In this document: one piece after another, positions 14,401 through 28,100 of the stretch
How the letters are laid out: each line of letters starts with the position of its first letter
Position numbering within the stretch: the stretch's first letter is position 1
NCBI GenBank assembly: GCA_002633005.1
Contig: NMRA01000791.1
Location: forward strand, 79,442 to 143,441
Reading direction: 5' to 3'
Origin: Phoronis australis
Taxonomy: Eukaryota; Animalia; Phoronida
DNA length: 64,000 bases
Made by a program: the position numbers and the translations under genes
Notes under the pieces: model-generated
The model's database searches: none
Told to the model about the DNA's origin: nothing
What the model saw: the letters and a program-made list of their open reading frames with translations, nothing else

Positions 14401-16057
14401 TGACTGCACCATTTCTTCTTGCTTACGTTTACTAGTAGGCTTACGAGGTTCAAAAACTTTCCTCTGGGGAGGAGATATCGTCAGCGTTGTTGATTCCAAG
14501 GGATTCGAAAAGCGAACGGGAGGCGCACAAGTAGTTCACCAATTGAAAGATATACTGATCGTTGGTATAAAGAAGGATAAGGTTACCGTGAAACTTGGTA
14601 AGTCTGACTATGAAAGCAACATCCTCAGTGACGCTTACGATACCTGCAAGAGGAAAACAATTGGACCCTCAAAATCAAATGAGGCCACTTTGCAATAATA
14701 AAACTACCTCTGTCCTACTTCTGAAAGTGTACCTATGTTATATTGTACGACAAAGATTCGCAAAGATGGTGCCCCACTAAATGCCCATAGTGAACTGTAC
14801 AGGTTCTACTAGGTTACAACCTATCGCGATCGTAATCAGATTTCTGAGCTCCTGTAGTTGAGAACTCGATACAGACAACTCAAAATCGTTTCTGGAAGAC
14901 ATGAAGTGCTTCATCATCAAACATTGTAAAGCTATGATTTCTCAGTTCGTAGTTTCCTTGCTTACCAAGACCATTTTGCTGACACTTTGAAATAATAAGG
15001 GACCGTTTGAATGGTGACGATACTCCGAGTCAGAGAACTAACGTACAGGGAAGGGGTATTTAATAATATTGTCGGATTTTGTCCTTAACATGACATATTT
15101 TGACTATGGAGACAGAAATAGGTACATGTAGATAGCCTTGAATCCCAATGCAATTTGTTCATGGAAAACACCGAACATGAGATCATTACTACAGCCCCGA
15201 TAGAGCTAAGTACTAAAACATGGAGGAGATATTTCCACGTTGTGTTTCAAAATGAGAGGAAAGACTGTCCAACTAACCCTCCACTTGAACGGCTGCGATC
15301 CCTCGGGCAGTCTAAAATTCACATACATGACTGTATGATCGAACAGTTGTTATTAAGTTTATTGGACATTAAGGTAATCAGATAGGAAGGAGGTTCCCTC
15401 GAGTTCTCTGCTTTTTGTAAAATGACTCATTCAGATCATTACTTAAATTCAGGGCGCACCATCCATTACCACCAAAATGTTGGTGTCGGGCTTACCTATT
15501 TGAACAAGAATCCCAATCTGGTTTCTGAATCACGAGATCAATTACTTAAAGAAAACATATTGTTGATGCATTATGCAAATGTAGATGCCCAAAGTATACT
15601 TTTAAAAAGTCAGACGGATTCTTTTTAATCTCGTCAGCCTAAGTACAGATTAACATAGAGGAATGGTAGTCAACAGAATGTCAGAGTCCTTCTAGGAAGT
15701 TTTACATTAGGACTGCCATGAAACCAGTGTCAACAATTAGAAACAACAGGTACACCTGAATGAAGAACTATATGGAGAAGACAACAATAGAGTGGTGACC
15801 AGTATTCTATGTGGCTCCTACGACAGCTGCTATGTGGAAGAGACGGCGAGAGAAATAGCCAGTGAAAAATATTATCTTCAAGAGGTGCAAGAAAAGAATC
15901 ATTAATCAGTTCCACAAATATGCAATCAAAGATACTGTTGATCAACAAAATCATGTAATAAATTGGTCGGGTATCACCTTACTCTACAGCTAACCTGATG
16001 ATTATTCAAGAAGAATTAGGGAGGTGACCTGGAATTCACAACAGCGAAGCCCTATAA

Positions 16058-16125
<68 letters not shown>

Positions 16126-19100
16126 NCTGTGTAAGGGGAACCTAGTTTCGCAGCCCCTACAGGTAAGTACATTTGCAATTTTGTGGCGTCGTTTTTACCC
16201 AAATATTCACGTACACATCATTTCTGCAGTTCACAGTCTAGTCTTTTAAGCTTTAGGCAGCCGTCTAATCCGGCTGCTTCATGTTCGTGATTTCTCCAAT
16301 CCGGCCGCCGGTGACGGGACTAATTGGGTTCTGAGCCACTGGTTACAACAAACATTTTGTGTGTTTAGAACTCAAAATATTAGCAAGTCTAAAATTACAA
16401 TAGCCGGCCTTGCTCTCCTGTCTGTATTTCACGGAAGAATATGATGAATTATCCCCGAACAGATCCAAACTTCCCGCGACCGACCTAGGCCTGTTGGGCT
16501 ATTAAACTTTGTAGGCTACTTCTATAAATCCGAAACAGCGAAATAAAGCAACTCGTTTGTTAAAAACAATCAGTGTATGTGTTAAGGTTTGCATCGAACT
16601 TTGATGATTTACTGGTGTAAAGCGATGAAGTCGAATTATAAGCTGACACTAATAAGAGTTTTGTGAACTGCTTTACAGACCGTGTTAGAACCTATTACGT
16701 CATTGCTTAATTTCATCCCTTCCATCTGCCGCCTGGTGTCAGGTAAAAGAACTGAACCTGCTGATTTGGAGTAAAATTACTCGTTCTAATTTGATACAAA
16801 CTGTGTTGCTTTTTTTGTGTCATTCTCCTAAGTATTTTGGGGAGAATTGATCTTTTTAACAATTTGCTGTGTTAGTGAACACTAAGTCACAGTCACAGTT
16901 CAGCGACTCGATTCCTTCTCAAGGGCGCATGCATGTAGATAATGTATATATAATGTAGACTCACTACTATGTTTTATCGCTTTCTGCGGCATTTTATATG
17001 CTGTGTACACATCGATGACTCGATTTTATAGGGGCTCGGTGAATGAAAGGACTGACGGTACATGCGAAACTGCTCTATGCCTGGCGCTGGGAGATTCGAT
17101 TTGAGTGACAGCCCTGTGCCTTTTTATCTCGGATATGTAGTGAACAAATTTTCATGCCATTTTGCAGTTCCAAGGTGGTTCTGCTAAATCATTTTTTTCT
17201 CACTACATGATATGTATTTGGTAGTTCCCCGAGAATGCAGGTAAGGTATTTTGATAGACATGCATACTATGTTACAGTGTAAGTATTATAAAAACCGAAT
17301 AATGTTTGAGATATTCTTAATGATAAATACTGTTTTGGGTACTTTTTGTTCAGTAAATGGTAACTGGACCGAGTGGGGAAGTTGGACATCTTGCCAAAGT
17401 CGATGTGGTGTCCAAACCAGGTGGCGACAGTGTACAAATCCGCCTCCAGCCAATGGCGGACGAGGCTGCTACGGACCGGATACTAGCTTCAAACCATGTG
17501 GAACCTGGCCCTGTTCAGGTGATGCGATTTTACACCAATTAAAAGACATCATGCTTGAAACAATAGAATCTACTCATTGCAACAGCAAGTATCTCCAACT
17601 AGGGTTTGGTCACGGCACCATACTGCCCCCATTCGTAATGCTAAATGTCGAACTGGTCAGTTCCAATTCTTAAATTGTAATCATAAAGAGGTCTAAAACA
17701 CAAAATATCGATGTTTTTATATGATCGATATTTTTTGTTTCAATTGGTACAAAGAAGTAATCAAATGAACGATTACAGTATACGGCTTAGCTTCTTTCAT
17801 TTACCATGCTTTGGCGCGGTCTGTTGTATACACGTACAGCTGTATGTACAAAATCGCTGTTTTGTATATCTCTCGAGCATAATATGAGCTGCTACTGTTG
17901 ATGAATATCAAGCATCAGTTTTCACGATTTATTTATTTATTTATTAATTACTTGGTCATATATCTGCTAGGTTCCGCAATTTGCACCTTCGATAAATACG
18001 GTACCCACTTTGGAACATCACGTTGTTCATTCAGACAAAGCCAACGGGACAATGGAAACTTTTACGAAGGGTCGCCCTCGAACTTCAATCAGTATAATTC
18101 GGATCGCCGACCCAGCGTGGATCACACTTACGGATTTCAGTTCGTGACGAAAACAACCGGCCCAAGACGTTATCTGTGGTCAGGCCCTCACAATACGCCA
18201 GGGTCGTGGACCAACGCGCGTCTAAAACCTAACGACAAAATCAGCCTTGAAGGATTGATACTCTCTCAGCACAGCACCTACTGTGTCCGTTTCTACTACA
18301 TTATACTAGGTTTGTGCGTTTTAGTTAAACTAGTAGTTTTAAGAAGTTTATTTCCATAAGACTGTATAGCTATAATGCGAGTTTGGTACGGAGATCACGT
18401 AACTTCTTTGAAAGATATCACAATGCTTTTCAATCCCTAATCTCGTGACTTCATTCTTTCCAGTCTTGCTTGTCATCCGAAACAACTCATCAGGTATTTT
18501 CGTAAACTCAATTTCCCTGCGGAACACCTCGGGTATTATCTTAGCCTCAAATTTTCCCTCAGAAGTGAACTTTATCTGCCCTTGTGCAAACGTAAGTCCC
18601 ATGGTCAATCATTGTCCACTTTAGACACGTGAAGTCCGCACGCGCATGGATAACGTTGGTTCACCTCCCAGTGGAAAACATAGGCTATTGAAAATTTTGG
18701 AACTTATTGAAAATTTTCTTATCCTAGCCTCAGATTATTGTCCCTTGGCGGTGTTTCATTTCTGGGCGCGTGAGAACTTCAATCATTTCAGCAGACATTG
18801 AACATGAGACGCATAAAGCGTGCGAAAGCGCTTACTAGCTCTTTAGCCAGCAAAAGGCCTCGTATTCAATAAGTACCACAACTCCATGTTTCTAAATTTT
18901 AGGTCGGATGCTTGTTGGTATCAACCTTTACTATTCGTCAAACGGACGACGAGGCGATCAGATTTATAACGCTTACCGGAATACGAAATCTTTAGCTGCG
19001 GATTGGAAATGGGAATTATATGAGCACGAGATTGATCCGAATTCTGAAAATTCAAGGATCCGTTTCCCGCTCGAGGTATGACATAAATGCTAATCACGGT

Positions 19101-22100
19101 CAAGGTTTGATTCATAGAATTTACCCTGTATGCTTGAGGTGCTGAAGAATTTGTAATTGCTAAAGGCATACCTTATATTTGTATTTCGTCTGCTTATGCG
19201 ATTGGTTGGCGCTTAAAGCTGCATTTTCATTGGTTAGCAAGCCTAAAACTAATCATTTTACCCTCATAAACCAAAGCGACCTAATAACAATCCTTACAGT
19301 GACAGGATTCTATTTCTGTCACCAATAAAAACACCGAAACCATTCGGGACTCAAAAAACGCTTCAGAGTGCATTATGATTGCCAAAACATTTCGAATTCA
19401 GAAAAATCGTATTATTCACCTGGCGTGTGATGTTAATTGCCAGTTTATTCGGCAATAATTCAATGTGGTAATGTTGTTCAATCCAAAAGTGTTTCAGTGT
19501 TCAAAGAATTCGACATCGACAATTGAGAAGGAGCAAAATACAACCGTAAGAGTGCTGCATCAGTGGACAAGTGAGCCGCGTTCCGTAAACGCACGGCACT
19601 CGCTAACAAAGCTACAACGCCACGTGCAATGCCGGCGATATCTAGGGGAGACTTGCTTGATCATTCGTTTTGTGAAATTTTATGTGTCCACGGAGCGCAG
19701 CAAGCAATGAATCTTATTTTCCGCCTCTCTGTAATGAGAAGCCCACTTAAAAGGTATTAATTTTCGACAACATTGTAAATAATGAGAAGACAATTACGCT
19801 CTTAAATACATGTACGCTTAAGCAAACTCATCTACATGTGTAGTGGCCGGTATAACCAATTCCACAAAACACTAAAACATAGCAGCGTCCATCTTTGCGA
19901 GGGCTCACAATCGTAACTTACAAGGAGTAATCCAGAGCTCTGAAAGCGCTGGCTATCAAAGTCACTTGTACAAGTTTTTAGTAAAGTGAGGGCATTACCT
20001 TCCTGGCTAATTACCGCGCTACACCAAATACAGGTAACTATTCTCATTGTATAGGTTTGGCCTTGTCCATTTGGATAGGTTAAAAACAATCTGTGAGATT
20101 TTTGTTAGTTTACACAAATTGTGTCTTAGATTGTTATCAGCGCTTTGAAAGGCCAAGGACGAGGATACGCTAACATAGACGACATTGTAGTCACTCGAGG
20201 AAAATGTCCAAGCAAGCCGGCTCCACCCACCCAGCCTCCGCCTACTGCCAGACCACCGCCTACAGGTAGGGTGCAGTAAAACATGAAATGCCATTGTGAT
20301 CGGCTGTATTTGAAACCGTGCTCTGTGGAAACCTGTACTGTTTTCCTACTTAATGTTAACAGGCTTTGTCTAAGTGCTTTACCCAATTGGGAAGCAGTAG
20401 GCAGCATTTGTTATCACAGACTTGTTCAACCAGGCTTGCTTTTTAAGCAGGTGGCTTTGAAAAATCTGAATTGTCCAATTAAAAGAACGATATTGATACT
20501 GGGAAAAAATATATAGATTATTACATGGCGAAGTCGTTATCCCCCGTTATCTAGAGCCCGAGTGGACTTTGGACAATTATCGCCCGAGGGGCGTTAGCCC
20601 CGAGGGTGATAATTCTCCAAACGACGATGAAGAAACACAACCAATGTCTCCACGACAGCAGAAATTCAGTTTATATTTTATAAACTATGAAAACTATCTG
20701 CAAATTTCAAAATCAATAATTTAAAAGAAAATTGAGTGGCATAGCAATCTGGGCTCAGACCGTGCAACATTGATGAGAACCTCAGCAGTCAAAATATAAC
20801 ATTTTTTTAACCATGCATCCCCAATAATGGTGTAGAACTGAATGATTGACGAAATTATGCGTATCTCCTCTACTAGGGCCTCATTTGGAATGTAAAGAAT
20901 CCAGTCAAATAATAATGCTCAATATATTTCCAGTAACAGTGTTAAATCACGATATTGGTGGACCTACATCGGGACAGTTAATCATTCACGATCAAAACAT
21001 CAACAAAAACGTTAACTCGAGAAATCCCCGACAGCAACTACCTGCAAACTGTGGGAAGGGAAGTTAGGACTATACGATATCTTCTCTCAGTTCATAACTC
21101 AAATTTTGGTCTAATTCATAAGACCGAAAATGAAAGTAGACAAGGCACAATGCCTGCCGGTATGCTACAGGTGCCCGACTGGTAGCATCAGGCGCTCGTT
21201 TTTTCCCCAGTCTCTGAGGTTGTCGCCCAAGAATTAATAGTGCTTGAACTACGCATCGTCATTAGCCTTGTGCAATGTCAAATGAACTTTTTTCACTTGT
21301 ACAAGAATTTCAATCACCGTTTGGGACAGAATCGTGTTGTTACCGGTTGCTAACACGAAATCCGGCCTGTTTGGTATCCACAACCTTGTGTGAGCGAAGT
21401 CAGCCACGGTATTCCGTTGTACACATCTTGGAATCCTTTCAATTGTTTTTTTTTTTTGTAGTTTAGACGTTATTATAAGCCGTTGAAATTCAGCACCACC
21501 TGGAAGTCGACGATGTGGTCATCGTAATTGCCGTTATGGTTCTTAAATATATTCTTTGTTACGAATCACGTCAGGATCACATAAAATGTTTAAGTATGCT
21601 AAGCGTTCCTGTTGTTTGTGGAGTTTTGATACTCGGACAAGTGTGTTTTGAACGGCATTTACATTCCTTATTTAACGCAGTTTCCTGTAAACATGTAACC
21701 CCTTATTCTTCCTCTTCCAGGGGGTGCATGTTTGAACACACACGGTACAAGTCAGTGCAATGGTTGGGCCACCAGAGGAGAGTGCGAAAAAAACAGGACA
21801 TGGATGCGTACGAACTGTGCTCTGGCTTGCGGCGTCTGTAGTAAGTTGTGGATTCTTTATAGTTTAGAAGATTAAACGAAAAACTTAAAACTAACAACTC
21901 CTCCGCTGACTTGTTAGGTGCCGTGCCCTTAGAATTCTGTCCACTCATTTCTCATTTCTTGTAAGGTTTGGTTAAAGTTTAGGGTGACGTTTTGTATCGT
22001 TTGGTATGAGACATCTACTGGTATAATAATATGTCGTGCATTGCTAGGTAACTACAAGTGTACAGCAATTGTATGCCGTTATTCAAAGATATATTTCGCA

Positions 22101-25100
22101 TTTCTTTAAAAATGGATGATTTTCGACTAAAGTCGCGCCTTAAGTCTTGGCTTTTTGGTCAAAATCTGATATTTTTACACCACATGTTCTTCAAACTTGT
22201 GTCATCTGAGTTCACCACAACAGACTCATCCTATCGATTTTCTTTTTAAGGTACACAACCTCCACCAACAATACCACCAACAGGTAACTATGTTAAGCGG
22301 CATTCAGACTGTGAATTAAGGTTATTGTTCCAAGTAGACTGTCCGTAAAATTAATTTAACTTTGTTCGTACGGGATGAATCACGACTACAAACAGAAAAG
22401 TCGTTTCTTATGCATGACCAGGGTTTGATCAAACAGGACAACAACACTGAGAAACTCCGTTCAGACTGTTGTTGAATTCCTTTGAACACCTCCATCGTTA
22501 TATTACTTAATGCACTGTACATTTCATATGAAAACAAAACTAGATGTGTTTAATCGATTCAAATCGTTCTGACTTTAATTGCATTTTATGAATAACTTGG
22601 TGATAAAATAGCTGCAGTAAGCTATTCTTGTTTGTCGCGAAAGAAGGTGTGTAAGACCAGGGTCAATTTCTTAGACGTAAAATCCTGTCGAACGAAGTTA
22701 ATAGATTACGTGCTTCTCTTGTACTTCATAGGAATATATCGCGAAGTACTACATGACCTTGCGTTTTTGGGTCTACGAAACTCACGCAAGAGCGAGATTT
22801 ACAGGATGATTACAAGAATTGTGCCGTGAAATTTTGTTGAAATCTGTAGTTTTTTGTGATTGGTTTTGACGTAAAATTTGGCCGGGCAATGAAAGTTGTG
22901 GCTTGAGAGAGTGGCCATTAAGACTGTAAACAGAAAGCAGTTGATAACCAAAACGACATTTGTTCAAGTATGTAGGCTGCACGTCTAAGACCCATTGAAA
23001 ATGTAGCTGTCACGAAAACTACTTTGTCACCATTCGTGTTTTTTCGCTGAGTTCTACTTGCTTGTTATTGTAAATCGACTTCATTGTCATTTTTTAAACG
23101 CTTAGCGTTCACCTGTGCACTAATTGTTCTGATATTTCCACCAGTGGGCCCTTGTGGGAACAAACACGACACAGAAGAGTGCGCTGCATGGGCCGACACT
23201 GGCGAATGTGACAAGAACTCCAACTGGATGCACGTTAACTGCGCACTGGCCTGCGGAAAATGTGGTAAGTGTAAAGTTCCTGGTCTGAATTCAAAGGGGT
23301 CCTGAACACCTATAGATGATGTTTTGATATTGCGACACTGGAGAAATATAAAATGGCTTATTAATTCTATGCTTGTCGATAGGCTTTGGGAAGTTTTCGA
23401 ACCATGCGGAAACCGACAAAAACCAATTTTGGTATTTGTGGACCTCTAGTTGCTTTTTATAAAAGTTCATTAGCCGCTTGAAGTCAAATATTTCGTCCTT
23501 TGTCATTAGCGTGTAAACATAGAACAATAGCACTGGAATGACAACTTCGATTTCGCGCTGCTGAGGTTGCGCCGCGGATGCGTGGCATTTGTTTGCATTG
23601 GTTTGTTCCAGTGCCAGTGTTGATTATATTGCGTTGGAATTTGCTGGCAACGAAACTTTTCGCAACTTTTCGTCGTTTTCAAACAAATCCCATCAGAGTC
23701 ATGAAAGTCTTTCATAAGTTATTGATGTGGATTTTTTCCAGAAACAAAAGATAAATAATTTATTTCATAAACAAATATCATTACGCGTACCTGACAGGTT
23801 GAAAGTATTTTTTTAATTCTAAAAAACGCGAGTGTTAAAAAAATGCGACAAATAATTGGGTGTAATAGTAACATAAATTGAAAATGAACTATAGAGGCTA
23901 TCTAAATTACTAATTAAACGTTCAGAGATGATTCAAGACATTTCTACCCTATCAAGATAACGATTTTTTTGGAATGTGAATCCCTCACAGTTGCTGTGAA
24001 GCATTTAGTCGGGGATTCATCCAAAATTATACATCATTCTGAATTAATTGGACCTTCGGTGTCGTTTGATACACTTCTTCAGGATGCAGATATTTTCAAA
24101 AATGTAATAAACTAAATACTTCTACTACCAATCCGAAATTTGCAAATTAATGCTATCTGATAGATAAAAAAAATTAGCGAACTTCTATTGTGTAGGTTTG
24201 AAAGATATTCTGGATAGATCATTACATAGGTTGCAGTGTAGGAATTTCCTTAGTAGTTTGTAAATAAACTCATTTCTTCAGAAAATAAAAATTAGTGATT
24301 CTGACACATGCGGTGTGTAAATAAGAGAGATTGGGACTTAATTTTATGATTTCTGTGTTACTAAAGACCATGGACTCTGCAAAATAACAATATTCATGAC
24401 AAACTGAAACATGATCACCTGTTCCATATCCATCAACGTCCGAGAATGAAAAAAGGGACAACTGGATTGAAAACCGGGACTTCTGGATAAAGGGGGGGGG
24501 GGGGTGGGGCATCTGGTTCTATACCAAAACGCAAGTGTGAAATGTTCGCTGCAACACACAAAAACGTTCTTACAGCATTTTTTTGTCGAACGGGAGATTT
24601 TGCACCTAAAAGCTCACGACGGCTTTTTTTTGTTTTTTTAAGTCGATTGGGCAATTGCGGATGCCTCAAAAACTCTATTTAGGAAAATAGTGCGGTGTCT
24701 TGTGGGAATTTACAGTAGTATAGGATAATATGCCTGTATCGCCATGTGTCAAGAAGCGGGATACTTTAATTGTGTGACGGGTTCGCTGGAAAAATTCAAA
24801 AAGGGATAGTCCGACAAAAGCAGGACAATTGGCAAGTGCAATGTAGGCTGTCAACATCGCAAACTATTGGATTGGGGTTTTTACAAGGTAAACTTTTCAT
24901 TTCATTTTATATATTTTATTCCACGGCTGTAGGTAAATACTACACTGATCAGAAATGGATTTAACAAAAAAGTATCTGGACACCAGGTAAGCATTGCACA
25001 AATGACTTACAATAGAAAAGATCTTTTAAGAGTAATAATCTATGCGAACACACATACACAGACACACGCACACAGATACATGCACACACACACAAGCACG

Positions 25101-28100
25101 CACACACGCACACTCACACAGACACACACACACGCACACACATACACCAGCTTGCTTCTGATACACTTCCTTTAAGGGCAATTCTGTTTTCAAATTGCAT
25201 TTTTCTTCAGAGTGGTTTCGTTATATGAATGTTGCAGGCTCCATCTGTCAGTTTAATTGATATCCTTCATTGTAGAAGTAGAGTGTTCCAACATCCACGA
25301 CACTGCGGCGTGTGACAGATGGGCTGCAAGAGGGGAGTGTGTCAAAAACCCTCGATGGATGTTACCGAATTGTGCACTGGCGTGCGACGAATGCGGTCAG
25401 TGCTTGGTTAAGAATTTACTGCGACACTATTAGGACAGTTTATGCTAAAAAATAAGCGCTTCAGTAAAATGGATGTGGAAGGAATAATGACAAAATATTC
25501 CCATCACTCATAAACCACTTTAATGTGTGAGCTTAAGTGCAGTATGCGTCATGAGGAGAAAATGCACGTGTCTTGGCTTTTCAATTCTGCACCCTGTTTC
25601 AGTCAATTGAAAACACTTAAGTGTTTAGTATAATACAGTTATCTAACAGAAATGCCCGATATCCCAACATAAGATAGTCACACGTTTGCGTTCTGTAGAT
25701 CACTTTTCTAGTGAGGAAAATGATGTCACGTAAGAGTTCTAGTAATATCGTCTTGCATTGTAAGCGTGATCACTCTGACTTACTCCAGAGTATCTTTCGT
25801 CTAAGGAACGTCTGCCTGATGATGTATGCAGTAAGGCCGTTCTGTAATTGCATAGCAACACTTCCATTCTAAGATATTTACCCACAGTGCACTTCTGCTT
25901 TTTCACATGCAAGTGTACTGAAAATTAGTATCTCATACCCTAATAATGTATGGAATTCATCTCTGTAATTCAGACAAACTTTTATTGAGTTACAATGCTG
26001 TCACCGAGAAATTGGCAAAAGAAAAATATCAGAGCTGGGTGTGTCCTCCTCAACTCTGGTGCTGGTCAGTGCATTTTTCTATCTCCGAAAATAAGGAAAC
26101 TTCAGTTCAGGACCCGTGTCTTGATAACGTGCAATGCGTCTTCCTGGGAAAGAGAAAAAAAACAAACAAACCCAGCTCAGGAGAATGGACGCTTTGTGAC
26201 CAAACAAGTTCAGGATTCGTAATTGGAATTACTTATGTACATTAAATGGATCCGAAATCAAAAATTGTATTTTTAAAAGTGAGAACATCTTCTTTTAAGG
26301 TACAGGTCCGAGACCTCAGCCAACGACACCCGCAAGGGCGACGACGGTAGCGCCAAGGACTGCTCCCCCATCTGGAGGTAATGTTGAAACTACGCCGTGG
26401 CCGAGTAAAATGACCTAGTGCACCTAGAGTGAGCCCATTTCTGAATTTCTTGAAAGGTCGAAAATCTTGGCTATTCATTACTTTTGTGAAGTTGATATGC
26501 TTCTAAGGTTTCCTTATCACTTCCAATTAACGACGTGTAATAAATACTTGTAAATCGGTAGCTGGAGAAACGTTCAAATTTGACTACAGCACCTTCGGAA
26601 GGTCATATCTCAGAAATGGATCCTAATGAAACTTTCACATACTGTACATGTACTTCATTTAATGCTCTTGTATGGCAGCTTATCAAAAACAGGAGGTATT
26701 TGCGATTTGCATAAACCAGAAACCAAACAATATTTCAGAAAATGGTGACAGCGTTTTGAGATTTCATCTTGAACATTTATATCAAGCAACAATTGGGCAC
26801 GCAGTTGATACCGTTGTTTTCCTATAGCGGGGAGGGAATATATGCAGATTTGCAAAAATTGCGCACTTTGTGACAAGTTTTTGAAATTTGGTACAATGTT
26901 AGGTATAAGCAAAGGAAATTCAAAAAACACCGCAAACAAAGTGTGCTGACCCCCTGGTGGTCGCTACGCGCAAAATTCAATATGGCCGCCGCCGAAAATG
27001 GAAATTGGCGTATCTCAGTAATTATTATCACTAAACCAAATTCTGATATCATATTTTCATTACTTTTGGGGTGCGGAGTTCATATCTGGTGTTAGTTTTA
27101 TGTTTTGTGGCCAATTCCAATGCAAAATGATACTTTTAAGGCAAATGTCATTTACAAAAAACTCAAATTTATGTTTGCCCTCACAGAAGTTAGTTTGCTT
27201 AATTAATGGGTATATCGATGTGATTCGCCGCACAAAATCGTAAAATTACCATTTTTCAAAACCAGATTTACACTGGTGCAGGCAACTTCACATTTGCACA
27301 ATGTGGTACACAGAAATCCAGCTCGATGGCACTTACAATTGCCTTTGCAACCAACAACACAGCCGCAGTGGAGAAGTAGGGAACACATACACTTGGCTAA
27401 TATCTTCCAGATCTGTCCATTATGGCACCCATTTTTTAGTTCTAGCATTCCATACACAACCCCATTGACCTGGGTTTGGCATCTGGGTTTTTTTAGCAAG
27501 CGACGTGCTTGGAGCGACTTGAACATCTTGGTGATGAAGCCCGTATTCGCTTTGGTACATCCCAGTTTGTCAATACCTTTCTTCAAATCAGTGGGTGTTC
27601 TGTTGGCGAAAGTAAAGGAGTTGGGCCTTGGGATGACGTCAGACTACAGTTCGGTAGCAATTTCAGTTTTGGTTTCAATAAACCTTATGAATTAGGTTTG
27701 ACCAATGTCGTTGCTGCTTAACGTTCGTAGAGAAGCATGCATCCTCAAACTCGTCAATTAATCTCAACACTTCTGTCTTTGAGAGCTCAACCATTTCCAT
27801 CTCTCCTCGTTAGCCATAGAGTCCATTTGCACCACTGTGCCCTTCAAGAACTTGATACTGCACTGTTGGCTCTAGTCAAGAGTCATCAAAGAAAACTTCC
27901 TGTCACTACGTTGAACAGCAAATTCCCCTTCCATGAGAGCTTCGTGCACTGAAGGGTGGGTCATATCCATCAGGAAACAGGCAACCAGCGTGCGTGATTC
28001 GTATTTCCAAATGCAAAAACTGTGGACACATTTCTTCACAGGCTTTCGCAGTCAACAGCCAATTTCCCAGCCTCTGACCTCGAATGAAGTGAAGTTAATG

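Noticed and set aside
15995-16050. CTGATGA after the + strand Penelope relic as a hammerhead
   Set aside because: No clean stem II followed by GAAA.
17031-17120. tRNA or tRNA-derived SINE-like stretch
   Set aside because: No cloverleaf and no convincing A/B boxes.
27203-27586. Host Tesmin/CXC-domain gene
   Set aside because: Lies within TIR/TSD-bounded element and is contiguous with frameshifted transposase fragments.
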